The notes under the pieces are model-generated. The model ran no database searches. It was not told the DNA's origin and was given only the letters and a program-made list of their open reading frames with translations. From positions 3,224,001 to 3,288,000 of the forward strand of contig CM030335.1 in assembly GCA_017654855.1 (NCBI GenBank): a stretch of DNA of 64,000 nt, read 5' to 3'. Shown here in pieces: positions 37,494 to 51,049 of this stretch (position 1 is the stretch's first letter; each line of letters starts with the position of its first letter). The stretch comes from Podospora anserina. Taxonomy: Eukaryota. Both the position numbers and the translations under genes were made by a program.

Positions 37494-37507
37494 GGCGGTG
37501 ATGTGAA

Positions 37508-37550
<43 letters not shown>
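37508..37550. repeat. Compound (GT)n(GA)n microsatellite in the cyclin 5' leader
   Basis: gtgtgtgtgtgtgtgagagagagagagagagagagagagagag. Confidence 0.9.
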
Positions 37551-37552
<2 letters not shown>

Positions 37553-40500
37553 GTGACGTCGATGTGGTGTGTGCTGGCGTGTGTTGGCGACAGTTGACGA
37601 AAGAGAAACAAAGTACCCGACTGTGTCTCTCTTTGACTGTCTTGTTGTTGACGGGAATAGTGAAATGCAATGAAAGAGATAGGATGACGAAATGGAGATG
37701 TCCCTGGAGTTAAGTATCAACTCAACAGAGGCGGACCCGGAGGGAAGACTCCACACAGGGGTCTGTTTAGGGAAAAATAACAAAGTACACAAATGTTGGG
37801 GTAGCGGCCGTGGTGTTCCAGTAAAGGCCGGCTTCTACAGGGGTGCCTGTAGCTAGGGTTTGCTGGGGTGTCTCAGTGGCTTTGTTGCCCAAGTGCTCAG
37901 TGACGAGGCTGAGCTCCAGGCGGACAAGGATGGCAGGGGTTGCAGCGGCACAGGGGGGTGCGTGGGCACTCTGGGATGTTGTGGTGGCCCGCTGTATCGG
38001 TCGGGACCGGGGATGGGCGCGCGATCAGCGGCTTCTGGGCTTCTGGGGCCTCTGGGCTCGTCTGGATTGCTCTGCGATCTGATTGCTGAGGCCAAGAAAA
38101 GCCGTCGACCAATCAGGACTGCAGTGGGGGAACCCCGTTGTTGACCAAGAGTCGAGGCAGGCGGACAAGTCCGTATCGCAAGCAAAAAAATAAAATCGAA
38201 ACGCCTCGGAGGCGAAAGGAAACCAGAAGAGACAAGTCTTCCTTCGGTTTTCTTAAACACGAACAAGCTGGAAATGACAAGTCGCAGCTTGACTGGCGCG
38301 GTGGCGATTCCGGAATAAGTGGGGAAAAGCTGCCGAGGTTTGGGGCGGACAGAGGACACGGGGCCGGGTCTCGGAGGCCGGCTTCTGCTGGTTTGCGTGG
38401 TAGCAGGTGCTGGAAATCCCAAGGGAATCAATCCACTAGAGAATTAGCAGAACAGGCGGTCGGGGTGCACGATCGGCAGCCGATTGAGTCAGCGGATGTT
38501 GACAGGGCCTATCCGTGCTCACGTCGTGGGGTTTTCGAGTCGAGCGTTTGCTGCGGTCTGATGTCGGGGTCGAGACTGGTCGATGATGCCGAGCAATGCC
38601 GGTGGAGTATTGATTATGTGTTAAATGAGAAATGCAAATGCAATAGATATGGATGCTCCGAGCCGGCGGATGCGTGAACAAATTGGGAAATGCACAAAAA
38701 TAAGAAAAGGGCACCGGGAGGAGAGCACTGCTGCACACGTCTGGCTGGATATTCTGAACTTCGTCCTCGTGGGCTCCGAACAGGTTTTAATATCTTGTCG
38801 ACGGAATTAAAGGATTGCGGGTCTGCGCGGTAAGGCGGTAGAGCGGTAAACTAGATGGCTGGCTGGACCAGGGGGTGTCAACAGTCGCGCGCCAAAAGGC
38901 TAGGTAGGTAGCTGTCCGTCTGTCTGTCTGTCTGCCTGTCTCTGCTGCCGCTTGTCGCTGCGTTCGAGCTGTCGCCCAGTACCACTTGTCAGTCGGCGCT
39001 CTGGGGGCCGTTGATTCGTGCTCGTCGCTCCTCTGCTCCTGTCGCAACAGTCGCAGCGGCAAGCGGGGGGCGAAGCCGGTGGGGTCTTGGCCAAACAAAT
39101 ACCACAGTACAGAATAAAAAAAGACAAGCGACTCACTCACCATCAATGTGCGATAGGTCCAATGGGACGGGCTGGACTGCCAAACAATCCAAGGGTTTGT
39201 TTGCAAAGGATGGGCACTCGACGGGCTTCCTAGTGAGAGGCAGAGGAGAAATAAGCTTCTTGTTTGATCGGTAGTATGATGACAAGATAAAATAGGTGGC
39301 CAAGCGGCAGCCGTGGCACTGGATTTCGGGTAGATGCACTGTTGGGGTCTGGTCGATGCAGTTTGGTGGCTGGTGGACCATATAAGATTATCGTGTTACG
39401 GCCTGGTGTTGATGATGATGCCCATGATGACGGGCGCTGTCATGGGAGTTTTGTAGGCTGCAAAGATGGCACCATGCACGCATCCAGGCTCCAGTGTCCT
39501 CGCTCACTCAGGGAGAGGGGAAATGATGGACTGGCACAACTTACAGAAGGGAGCGTGTGATAAGGGAGTGGTGTGGTAAAGAGTTCCAGTTTCCCCCTTC
39601 TTTGGTCAATGGAACCGGGTTGAAGCACGAAAGGGAGGGGAACAGCCGAGTAGGTCGTCAATATAACTCCCCAAAAGATGGACGGGACAAAAGATGGGAT
39701 TGTGGATTCCAGAGCCGAAGCAAAAGGGATGACAGGTGACACTTTATTAGGCACAAGGAACATTCAACGTGGCCGTCACCAGCATCCAAGCACCCGACCC
39801 AGGGAGATGCGTGGGACCGAGTCATAGGGATAGGAGATATCTGCAGCTCTGTTGGCGAGCATTTCCCCTGTGCCCTTCCACCCTTCCGACCTGAAAAAGG
39901 CTGGTGCCACCCAGCTTTGGCTGGCTGTAGGTGTGCATTTGATCCATGCCTATATCCACGCGATGCATAACTCCTGAGATGAATGGTTGGCCAGCTCTTG
40001 GATGCCAGATTTTCGAGTTGCCAGCGATCCGGGTTCTGGCTGCTGTGATTGGCCCGTTGCATCCTCAACGCCCGGACATGAAACAAGAGGGGTTGTGTTT
40101 CTTCTTCCACATGGGAGGCGATTTCAGGAGACGGAACTGTTCGAAGATGCTGATAGACATAGGATATTCCCTTGTAGCGATTGGGCTTGGGTTCCTGCAG
40201 TTGTGGTGATCTGCCTCTCAACTGCACTTTACATGGCGAACACTGTGTCGTGCGTTGAGGAGTCGCAGAGCATAGCTGTTCCAGCCCAATCAGACCGCAT
40301 TTGCGCCGTCAACCCGAGATATTGGACCAGACTACAGCCGCAGAATAGCCTCACCGGACTCTGCTGGCACTGGGCGTCCACGCAGGCACTCTGTGGCGAT
40401 TCTTGACATGCTGCCGCTCTTGCTTGATCCATGGCCAGTCTTGAACCTGTAAATTGCTCGTAACCATTCTTCCCGGCGATCGGCAGCAGGGCGGGCGGTG

Positions 40501-43500
40501 AGCCGATCCCGGAATGCTGTCAAGGACTACGCACGAGATGATGAGATGATCTGTAGCACCAGCACGCCAATATTTCATCGATTTTGCTTGCATGCTCGTG
40601 TGAGGCAATGGCAAGGGGAAAGAAGCTGTTAAGACCGGGTGACGTTGATCCGGAGAAACAGGCGGGGAAAATAAGGTTTGCTAACAGTGGGGCAGGGAAC
40701 AGGGGGGGATTGCAACGGGTGGTGTCTTCATCGAGTCCCTCGTTTCGGCGCAGGGAGCCCCTGAAAAAAAAAACCCTCAGACGGTGATGCCAAGCTGTCT
40801 CCCACTCCCCGCATCGCCGTGAAACGAAACGATGTAGGTGATGGGCAGCAAGTTAAAACACACATCCTTCGCATCGAAACGAAGTTGGTCATCGCGTCTT
40901 TTTGCCAGGGGTCGATCTTATCGCTATCACCGTGAGATTTTTGAGGGGTATCACCAGCACCGGACGGTCAACCCCGCTTGGATCATGTGGGAGGGACAAC
41001 AGTGCAGTACACGAGCACCCAAGGTCTCAGACGATGGAAACCGCGTGTCTATTTCGCCGGGGCCACATGAGCTTTGACTGGATAGTTACACGCAAAAAAG
41101 AAAAGAGATTGTGCAAGAGGGACAAACGGGTTGGTGAGGTGCAACGACGGGAAAAGCGGTGATGACAAAAGCGACAGCATCGACCGGATCAAGGCCCAAT
41201 ACCCCTGAGCCTCGCATCTGATATTCTGTTGTTTGCTCCCAATGTTTTGTTTCAGCCCTTTGAAGCCGTCATTACAAGGTCGCAATTGTAGCAAGCACTC
41301 AGGGGCAGCATCCCACCCTGTCCGCTTCCCCGGAGATGCTGTGCCTCGTTGTTGCCTGAGGTATGAGCCCTTCCAATCTGATGTGCATAGAAAGTTAATA
41401 GCTCCTTTGGGCTGCCGAGCCGAGCTTTTGATGGCACCGATTGGGCTGCCGCATCGCCGTTGCTGACACACCATCAGAAAAATAAAAAAACAGAGCACTG
41501 CCAGCTTTCACATGAACATGCTCATCGCGGCAGTCGGTAACGGCGATGTCGACGATGTAGTCATCAGTACACTTTTCGTCCGATATCGAGATGTAACAGC
41601 CTTCCAGAACACTGTTCGTTTTGGCTCACCAGTCACCAGCCCCCCAAGATGACCAAAATCCGGGGTAAGTGTCATCCATCCGAACAGTCACTAGCTCTAG
41701 TCCGAACTCTCGTTTCAAGTGACCTGCCACCCTCAGATCACGGAAGGCAGGTATCATTTGTATCAGAAGCCACATCAGATTGTCAGTGCGCTTCTCAGAT
41801 ATCACTACTCACCAAAAATAAACCTTGGCTATTGTTCGTATCGGCCATCGGTGAGAAAATAGCTGGTTGCATCTCATAGGTATTGTTCCATCCACCAAAA
41901 GGAAAGTGAAAAAAAGTATTCATGTGAAATTTGACCTCTGCGTCTCAGCAATAGGCTTTTCCCGTGGCCAACCACACATCGGGACAAACGGCCGACTGGG
42001 CGACGCCTCCCGAGGTCAACCTGCCAGCTTCTGACACCGAGCTCTCTCCAGGCCAGTGTGCCGCATACACCGCCTCCTTTCTGTTGTTTTTGACATGTTG
42101 AGGGTGTTGAGTATGGCTTCAACTCCCGAGGCGCATCTAGACCCCCAAATAACATCTTCCAAGTGCCGCATTTCCTTGGTGTCGGTGTCTCTTCCAAGCA
42201 AGTCAACAGCGCACGCCGTGATTGGACACCCGAAGGCAGATCCAAAAGGCAGGCCAGAGAAGCCGGGGTGAGCTCCTGTCCAACCAAATCGGTAGCTCCC
42301 AGCTTGCTTGACACCACCCACCACAAGCTGCCCCTCCAAGAGCTCTCGTAGCTGACAAGGAGTGGCTGTGACGGAGATGCCATCTCTTCTCGCGGCCAAC
42401 TCCTGTGGCTGTAGGACAGGCCAGTCAATGTCTTGGTCTAGACAGCTTACAACGCAAAGCTGTGTAATGCATGTCTCACGCAACGTTTTCTTGTGCTTCC
42501 CACTGGGACTGGCTACCGGGATGGTAGAGGGAAGGTGAGACTTTCAGCATGGAACTACACTACGGTACGCCGTGACAAATAGGAGGAGGGGGTCTGGGGC
42601 GATAGTTCAGCTGGTGGAAATTTTTGATGCTTCGTGATCATGGTCTGTGAGGGGCATCGACGGTCAGTTGGTGTTGACGGTCTTGATGCAACATGACCAC
42701 AGCATTACGAATGCCCGATGGTAGCCATGCTTTGTATCACCTACCTCAGTCAGAAACCGTTCTCCTGTGTAATTTAGATCGGCATCGAAATGCCATGTCG
42801 ATGTCGTTGAACAAGTTGAAGCTTGTGATAGCAACAACAAGGGTTAATCCTAGGGGTAGGGTTACGCCAGGGTTTCTCGGCTCTCCGCTGGGAGAGGTCC
42901 AGTTGACGCTAAAGCGTTAGCGGCAGGCTCCACCCCCACATTTCGCAAGCTGCCGTGGCTGCCTCACGATCGACAGTCCATCGTGAATTTCATCATCCGG
43001 CATCAGCCACACCTCCCTCGCTGAGCTCAGTTTCCCGATACCGGTCATGCTCGCAATGCTTTCGGCATGCAACCGCCAAGAACGCACATCTGAGCAGCTC
43101 ATTTCGTGGAGAAGACCATCTCGCAATGCTCTCCCCCACCCGATCGTTAGAGGCCTACGATAATACGATGCGGTGGAGCTCTTGCGCAATTCAATCCCAG
43201 ATGCTAGCGCCGGGCAATGACAGTTGACTCCCCTTCCCGCTCCTTGACATCTTGACATGTGCTCCACCAACAACGACAACTACAACAACTGTTGTACCAA
43301 CCTCCAACGATGACTGACTGAGTGACTGTCCGCTCATCGACGGCCTTGACACTAACCAGCCTGCAAACCCAAACACCACGTCCAATCCCCGCCCAAGCTT
43401 CTCAACATCGCTGATGCGTCGAGTTGCTTTTGGGGTCCAGACCTCCAAAAACCCAATTCCACCAGAGACATCTCCCATTTTCGAGGCCCATTTTCGGGTC

Positions 43501-46500
43501 GCCCACGGAAGCCCGAAACACCACCGGCGGCTTACCGAATAGAACTGCGGGGATGGCTTACACCCCCCTCGCTTCATCCCATTTGATTCTATGGGTGGTC
43601 TGTCCAGGTCTGGAGGTCGCGCCGCGTTGCACCAGTCTTGAGGGGCAGGTCATCAAATGCCGATGAATAGGCCTGGGGTGACGTTATACCAGAGCTGCTA
43701 GGGGCGTCCGTCTAACCTGCGCACAACACAGCTCGATGCTCACTTTTGGTCCGGTGATCCGATTTGATCAACCACCGACTCACCCCGTCTATCAATGGAA
43801 GTCGTATCTGATCTCCTCGGCGTTCAAACAAACACAAGCCCGCAAGGGATGAGGCTGGGGTCTCGAACGGCGTGTATCTCAAACTACGGAGTACTGCACA
43901 GCAACGTTGACTGCGCAAGCGAAGCAGTCAGCCGCGCGTCTGTTAATCAGCCTCGTCGCAGTTTGACTCTGACTTCTGCAACGTGCAAAGGCGAGGCGTC
44001 CCGTTTATTCCGTGTAGGTAGGTAGTTATTTACACAAGCGCTCAGAGCACCTCTGCAATGCCATGCCATGTCATGCCAGCGGCCGACCTGTCCTCTCGTT
44101 CTCTGTTGTAGTAGTCCCCAAGCGCAAGCGCCGCCGCGGGCGGCTATTCTCATTCCGCGGCGGGACACCACCCCAGATCTCGTTGAGATCTGGTCCAGCC
44201 AATGACAATTTTTAGCACCTCAATTTTCTCTCTCCCGTCTGTCGCGGTTAGGAGAGCCAATAAGAAGCATGCGCACGGATGGCTGCAGCGGTTGTTTGAG
44301 CTTCCGACCGCTGTGATACCACATGTGAGCACTCTTCCAAGCGATGGGCATAGCTGGCGGTGGCTTATTCGCGGGTAAAGAGCGGGACGGGGCGGGAAAG
44401 GCGTTTGTGTCGGCTGGGTTGGCCAATGAGACGGTTGGATTGTTTACTTTTGTGTTACACTGATTTGGGGAGTTCAAGTCGAAGGAGTTGTTTGATGTTC
44501 TTCAGCTGGGGTGCGGGATTGGCGGTGGGGATGGATCATGGGACGTGGCATGTTTGGTGTGGTTTTTGGGAGGGCCAGAATAGCTCATTGAAAGCGAGAT
44601 CTTGAGAGGTGGGTTTGAGATGGGATTAGGTGGCCAAGGAGCTGTACGCATGGCCGTTGAGAGAGAGCGGGTGAAGCGGGTTCGGGGCTGGCATAACCAC
44701 TTTTGCGCGGGTTGATGTTGGCGGTTACCTTACACAAGATCCACCTCATTTGTTCCATGGCCAGAGGGGAGGAGAGGAGCACGAGAGTTTGGCGCGGTGG
44801 TGTTGAGGCCCAGGAAAGCAAACAAGTGTGCAAACTCCTCGTACTGGGCTTGAGGTGTCGGCAGGCGATCAGAGAGATTGGTTGATACTGGACAACAAAG
44901 AATCTCTAACCATCCGGGCTCCAAGATCGGAAATAGCCCGTGGCTTTGCCTGCCTTTGCGCCTACATTTTCTGACGTGCATAGATGTCGTGAACCATACT
45001 CTCCGCATGCTGCGTCGCTGCCAGTCAGATACTGCCACATGCAGTACCACTTTTCAGTTCTGCAACTTTCACTAAGCCAGCGACACCTCTTCTTTGGCCA
45101 TGATGTTGGCTTTGGGCAAGGTGAACACCAACCTGGCTCACCAACCCCCGAAGTGCACCTGCAATGGGTGCAACTCCAGCGGCCGCTCGGTATACTCTGC
45201 ATCATCTCGACCTCCATCCACCACATCACAAAAAAACCCGCCGACCACCCCCGCGTTCAACCCGGTGTTTCAAGATGCTATCACATCACGACCAGATGAC
45301 CATTCCCAGCCTCCCTCCCCTCCAAAAGTGAGTAAACACCCACGCCGCCGCCGGAGCTATCCCTCCCGCATCCGCCCATCGGTGAAGACGACTCCACGCC
45401 GCCCGAACGCATGCCAGTAATATGCGGCCCGAAGCTCGACCTCCTCGGTCCACGAGGCCTTCCATGCTCACCGCTACTCATGACGCTCATGACTTTAACC
45501 TCGGACTTTCTTTGTCTGGTTGATGTGCTTTAACATACCCGCCGCAGAGGGGCATCCTGATGGGGAGATGGGTTGCGGGATAAGCGGGTTAGGCGCGTCG
45601 GCGCCACATCAAAGCTGAACTGTGGTGGTGACTGGGGGACAGCGTTGATGAGTCTGGAATGTTGAGTGCTTCGGGTAGATATCTTGGCGGATTTGCACGA
45701 TGGGGAAGGCCACTGGTGGTGGTGGGGAGGTGGGTTGCCTCAGCACGAGAGAAATGTGAATATCAAAATGACAAACAAGCCCCAACAAGGGACATTAGGC
45801 AGCTCTGTGCCACTTAGTTGCAGGTAAACAGCGCTGGCCTGGGTAATGAGGTCATCATGTTGGAGCTATCTCGAGGGCATGCAGCAACCGCCACGAGCAA
45901 AGCTCACAACGTGGAGCGTAGAAATGCTAGACGAGGGAAGCTCCGTCGTTTCCTATCCATCCAGAACAACAAGGCACAACTTCACCACCACCGACGACAG
46001 CACAACGTGTTTCGACAGAAGCAATGCTCTGCCTACTCAGGATTCATCGCCTACTCCATACACTAGCAGTGCTGCGACAAAGGGAAAAATGATCCCATCT
46101 GTACGTCCATCTCTGATGGAAACAACAATATGTCCAGGGATACTGCCTGCTTCTCCCCCCCTTGGTATCCTCTTCCATGGTGCTCTTATACTTTTTGATT
46201 CATACAAAAATCCATCACAGCCTCTCTAATCACTCCATGCCTCTCCACCAACTAGAAACCCGTGCTAATGCGCAACTCATATCATTCCGCAATCTCCTTG
46301 GGACCGCGATCTCCTCCAAACGCCGTCTAAAGCCAGACAATATGAATTCCTCAAGTATACTATCCGTATGATCGACAGGTATCCTGAAAGCAGACGTCAA
46401 AGTATGCCTCGCGATCAACAAGTTATGTTGTGCACAGAAACGGCCGGGGTGTGAGGCTGACTCCAACTAGTCCCTCCATCATGCTCTTTACATGTGATAA

Positions 46501-46610
46501 TGAGACCGCTGAACGCCACGAGCAGTGATGTTGTCGCCGGGGGCAGTGTGGGGACCAACACGGGGACAACGAAGGGTACTATTGCCCTGCAAGGTCATTG
46601 GATGGTGTTC

Positions 46611-47685
46611 CTAACGGTATCCAGCACTCTGGCGGGGAAAGTCCTCGAAATAGGGGTGGTTGCAGGCTTGCTTGGCAGAGATGCGACCAGCGGGATCGTA
46701 CACCAGCATCATTTCCAAAAGGTCAAGACCTGTGTCGTCGAGGTTGTCGCACAGGGGCTTGCTGTAATCGCGAACCCACTTGGGGAAAGAGGCCTTAAAG
46801 TCGGGATACGAGGTCACGCCGGGCCAAACATCTTCGGTGGGGGTACCGAGCAAGCTAGGATAGTCAGTCAGTCAAGTTCCTCTTCTGTTGCTCAGCAGCA
46901 TAACTTACCGGAAGATCTTGAAGATCTCGTCAATCTCCGAATCACCAGGGAACAAAGGCTTGCGCGTGCACATCTCGGCAAAGATGCAGCCTACCGACCA
47001 CATGTCGACACCAGTGGAATACTGGCGGCCACCAAGCAGAATTTCCGGAGCGCGGTACCAAAGAGTGACAACCTCGTGGGTGTAGGTGCGCAGAGGAACA
47101 CCAAAGGCGCGGGCCAGACCGAAATCAGCAAGCTTCAGGTTACCGTCGCGGTCAATCAACAAGTTCTGCGGCTTGAGATCGCGGTGCAAGATGCGGTGAC
47201 TGTGGCAGTAACGAACACCCTCGCACAACTGGCTCATGAACTTCTTGATAATCGAATCGCCCAATCCCAAACGGTGGAGCTCAGCACTTGTGCCCTCGGG
47301 CAGAGCCTTCCCCTTGCCTCCATCACTAGTGGGCAGCGACTCCATGTACTTCTTCAAGTCGAGATCGAGGAACTCAAAAACGAGGTAGAGCTTGTGGCCG
47401 TCGGCGTGCACAATGTTGAACAGGCGCACAATGTTGGGGTCGCGCATCTCCTTGAGCAGCGAGATCTCGCGGATGGCGGTCGACGGGACACCCTCATCTT
47501 CGGCTTCGAGACGGATCTTCTTCAGGGCCACTATGCGCCCGCCGTTGTTCAGGTCACGAGCCTTGTAGACGACACCGTATGTTCCTGTGTGTCAGATGGG
47601 TGTTAGTTGAAGAGACAACAATCAAGGGAGATGCCGACCACAACATACCCTCGCCAATCTTTTCCAGTTTCTGGTAGTTGTCCAT
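46611..47685 (-). CDS. CDC28: Cyclin-dependent kinase Cdc28/Cdk1; introns 47648-47585 and 46908-46855
   Basis: [63 protein letters not shown]. Confidence 0.97.
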
Positions 47686-48022
47686 GGTGGTTAGAAATCG
47701 TTCCTTTTTCCGGTGTTACGAGGTGTTCTCCTTTCTCTTGTTCAAAACTGGTCGGGTATCGGCGGCCAAGCGGAGGCTCAAATCGAATACAAAGTGGGGG
47801 AAGTGGTCGCTTTCGTGGTGGTGGTGGTGGTGGTGGTGGTGCAACGGCTGAGAACGAGGGGCAGAGACGATGCCGAGACAAAACAGATAGCGGCCCAAAC
47901 CGAGAACCGAAGACGATGTCGAAGTCAAAGTCAAAGTCGAAAGTCGAGAAAATGAAAGGGACCGTTGGAGGGGTGGGAGAAGGCGTCAGATGTCCTGAGC
48001 CATCGAAGGGCTAACTTACTTG

Positions 48023-48095
48023 GTCGTGGGTCGTGGGTCGTGGGTTGTCGATGTCGATGTCGATGTCGAGCGGAGGTGGTGGTGGTGGTGGTGGT
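48023..48095. repeat. Stacked short tandem repeats (GTCGTGG)3, (GTCGAT)3-4 and (GGT)7 in the CDC28/AlkB divergent promoter
   Basis: Read directly; another (GGT)n run lies at ~47816-47840. Confidence 0.8.
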
Positions 48096-48565
48096 GCTGG
48101 GCGTTGTTGGTTTTCTCCAAATTTCAAAGTTGATCAACAAGCTGGGAGTGGCAGCCGTGGAAACGGGAGCTCGGCGACGCGCCCAAACAAAAGATCGCGT
48201 CGAGGCTTGTCGCACAGCGAGTGGCCCGGCCCTGCGTGGCGCAAAGGGATCCACTTTTTAACCACTGCCAGTGAGCTTCTGCGCCCTGCAGGTCTGGCCA
48301 CCCGCTGGGAAGAGGGGCACAACGACCCCGCGCCGAATATTTTTGATAGGAGTCAGCTATCGATCGGGAAAAGAACAAGAGGTATTATATTTTTGTGCAG
48401 CATGCACGACCACGGGCAGCAGAAAACAGTCTGGAATATCTGAGTCTTGAGTCTTAGTCATCGACAGGCAGACCGTTGACTGCGACCATCTCCTGCGGCA
48501 AAAGCTTATCCTACACCAAGTTTAGGAGCTTGCATATAAGCTCCATTCCATTCACATCGTTGACA

Positions 48566-49691
48566 ATGACGGTGGACATCAAAGAGCTCGATGCTCATGA
48601 GCAGCCTTCAGATCAGCTAAGGGCAAAATGGAAGGCCTTTTCCAGAACAGAACAAAAGGATGTTCTAGAGGGAAATGATATCGACGATCTTCTATCGCCA
48701 GAAAAGGCTGCCGAGTTTGTCATTGCAAGCACCATCTCTGCAGAGACCTTGAATCAGTCCTTCAAGCACGTCTGCCCACCTGGCAGTCCCGAGATCACAG
48801 TGGATAAGGATGTGCCAGTATATTATCACCCCCTCTTGCCAGGTGCGTCGACAGTTCTGACATGTGCTGATGATACCTGACTAACCACCACCCGCAGGTC
48901 TTCTCATTCTGCCCTCTCTCGTCCCCCCAGAAGTCCAAAAGATCCTCCTGCGGAAAATGGTGCATCGAGACCTCAGCCACCCTACCCATCAGACCAACCT
49001 CCATCTCCATTATGAGCTTCCATACCCCGATCAAGGGTCAGAAGGCCCCGAGCACAAACATGCCTCGTTCTTCACTCTGCCCCAAGACTCTCCCACTACC
49101 TTTACGCCAAAAGATCCCTCAGTACACAAGCCCCTGACCATCAAACAAGTCCTCCAGCGAAGACTGTCTTGGGTGACCCTCGGCGGTCAGTATGACTGGA
49201 CCAACAGAATCTACCCCGGCGAGCTGCCTCCTCAGTTCCCACCTGATATTGCCGGATTTCTGGAGACACTGTTCCCGGAGACTCTTGCCCAGGCAGCCAT
49301 TGTCAACTTTTACACACCAGGAGACACAATGATGATGCACAGGGATGTATCAGAGGAGACTGACAAAGGGTTGATCTCTCTCAGCTTTGGGTGTGACTCC
49401 CTCTTTATGATCGCGCCCAACGATGTCGGGAAGATGAGCGACGAGGAGAAAAAGGCCGCAGGCTTTGGAGATGGACAAAAAGAGTATCTGCTGCTGAGAC
49501 TGAGATCGGGAGATGCCATCTACATGACCAAGGACTCGAGGTTTGCGTGGCATGGTGTACCCAAGGTTCTGAAGGGGACATGCCCGGACTATTTGGAGGA
49601 CTGGCCGGCAGAAGATGGAAAGTACGAAGAGTGGAGGGGGTGGATGAAGAACAAGCGGATCAACCTCAATGTGAGGCAGATGCGGGATTAA
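48566..49691 (+). CDS. AlkB-family 2OG-Fe(II) dioxygenase (ALKBH1/Abh1-like); intron 48843-48897
   Basis: WVTLGGQYDW, AAIVNFY, HRD (HxD), LRSGD, WHGVP, RINLNVRQ. Confidence 0.9.
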
Positions 49692-50440
49692 CTGTTGAGC
49701 TCATCAACAGGACATTTGGTTATACAATTTGAGGTGTTTGCCAACAGAACCCGATTAATTGATGACTACTCCTCGGCTTGATAACAAGATCACTTGAGTG
49801 TCTGAGTTGCTCCGATACCTTTGACTCCATCGAAACCAGCTGCACAATAGGTATTCGGGGAAATTGATGCACCGCGTTCGGCCACTTTTCCTGTGGCGCT
49901 GGTGTAGGACCGACCAACGCACGACGTTGACCACCAACACACACTTACCACCAGACCTTGGACGTACCTGCTTTGGCCAACGTTGCAGCCGGCCATCACA
50001 TGACAATGTCGAGGACAGTGGAGATGTCTCGGGTTTGCCTCTGGGTCTAAGACGGATAGAAAAGGTTAATTGTCCCGAGTGGTACCAACGTTGCGGTTTG
50101 CGGATCCTGCCTTCGGAGCGCGCCACGAGGCGAGAGGTATGATGGAATGTGAAGGCGCGCCGTTGGGTCGGAGGTTGGAAGCCGTGATATAAGGTTTCGG
50201 ACTCACTTCTGTTGACATTTTCCAGCCGATTGACCCTTCATCTCATACCGCACGGCAAGTCCATCCCCATTCCTCCGTCTTGTGGCAATCTCAGGAACAC
50301 GCAAGTCATACGCCGCATTGCGAACACAAAAGCCAGCACAACGGCGGAGACCTCAAACTTAAATCTCACCGCCGGCAACCGGCTCCCGGACATCTCTCAC
50401 TTTGATCCTCTTGCGACTGTCACCTTAACCCACCGCAACA

Positions 50441-51049
50441 ATGTGCCAACTCCAACACTACAAGCAGATCCGCTGCGGCCGCCCCCTCCCCGGGCTCCCC
50501 ACCCCACCTCTCTCCAAATCCCGCCGCACCAGCGCCGAGTTTCCTCTCTCACAACCTCCCCTTATTGACAGCTCAGAGCCCCCCAAGATCTGCCTTGCAA
50601 CCCTCACCCCCCCACCAACCCTCATCAAGTGCGACTGGGCCAACCTCCAGACAACGCCCCACTTCAACATCTGCTGGGAGCCCACCCCCGTCCCCGGCGG
50701 CGCAATCGAAGCACCCGATGAGATCAAGGAGCACGCTAGGGACAAGTGCCGGAGCTGTCACTACACCGCTGTGCCTACCAGGTTGAGCTTGGATGAGATG
50801 AAACGGGGGCTGTCGTGTAAGATTCCCAAGAGGGATGAGTTGAAAAGGTCAAAGAGTGGGATGGGGAGGTTGATGGAGCGGGTGAGGAGTCATAGTTATC
50901 ATCATCATGGGAAGGAGAAGGAGAAGGAGAAGGAGAAGGAGAAGGAGAAGGGGGGGGGGAAGGGTAAGGAGAATGATAAAGGGAAGGCGAACGGGGGGGG
51001 AGATGGGGAGTTGGAGGGGTTTTTGGAGGTTAATGCTGGGAGGTGGTGA
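50441..51049 (+). CDS. Small Cys-containing hypothetical protein with a C-terminal His/KE repeat
   Basis: ATG in CAACAATG context; MC..C..C..C..C..CxxC; (GAAGGA)n encoding KEKEKE; C-rich to G-rich skew as in core genes. Confidence 0.6.
   Translation: MCQLQHYKQIRCGRPLPGLPTPPLSKSRRTSAEFPLSQPPLIDSSEPPKICLATLTPPPTLIKCDWANLQTTPHFNICWEPTPVPGGAIEAPDEIKEHARDKCRSCHYTAVPTRLSLDEMKRGLSCKIPKRDELKRSKSGMGRLMERVRSHSYHHHGKEKEKEKEKEKEKGGGKGKENDKGKANGGGDGELEGFLEVNAGRW

Noticed and set aside
46494-47606. 370-aa + strand ORF, and similar ORFs at 8928-9878, 36264-36905, 59741-60409 and 61951-62751
   Set aside because: Antisense shadows of codon-biased real genes, with no recognisable motifs.
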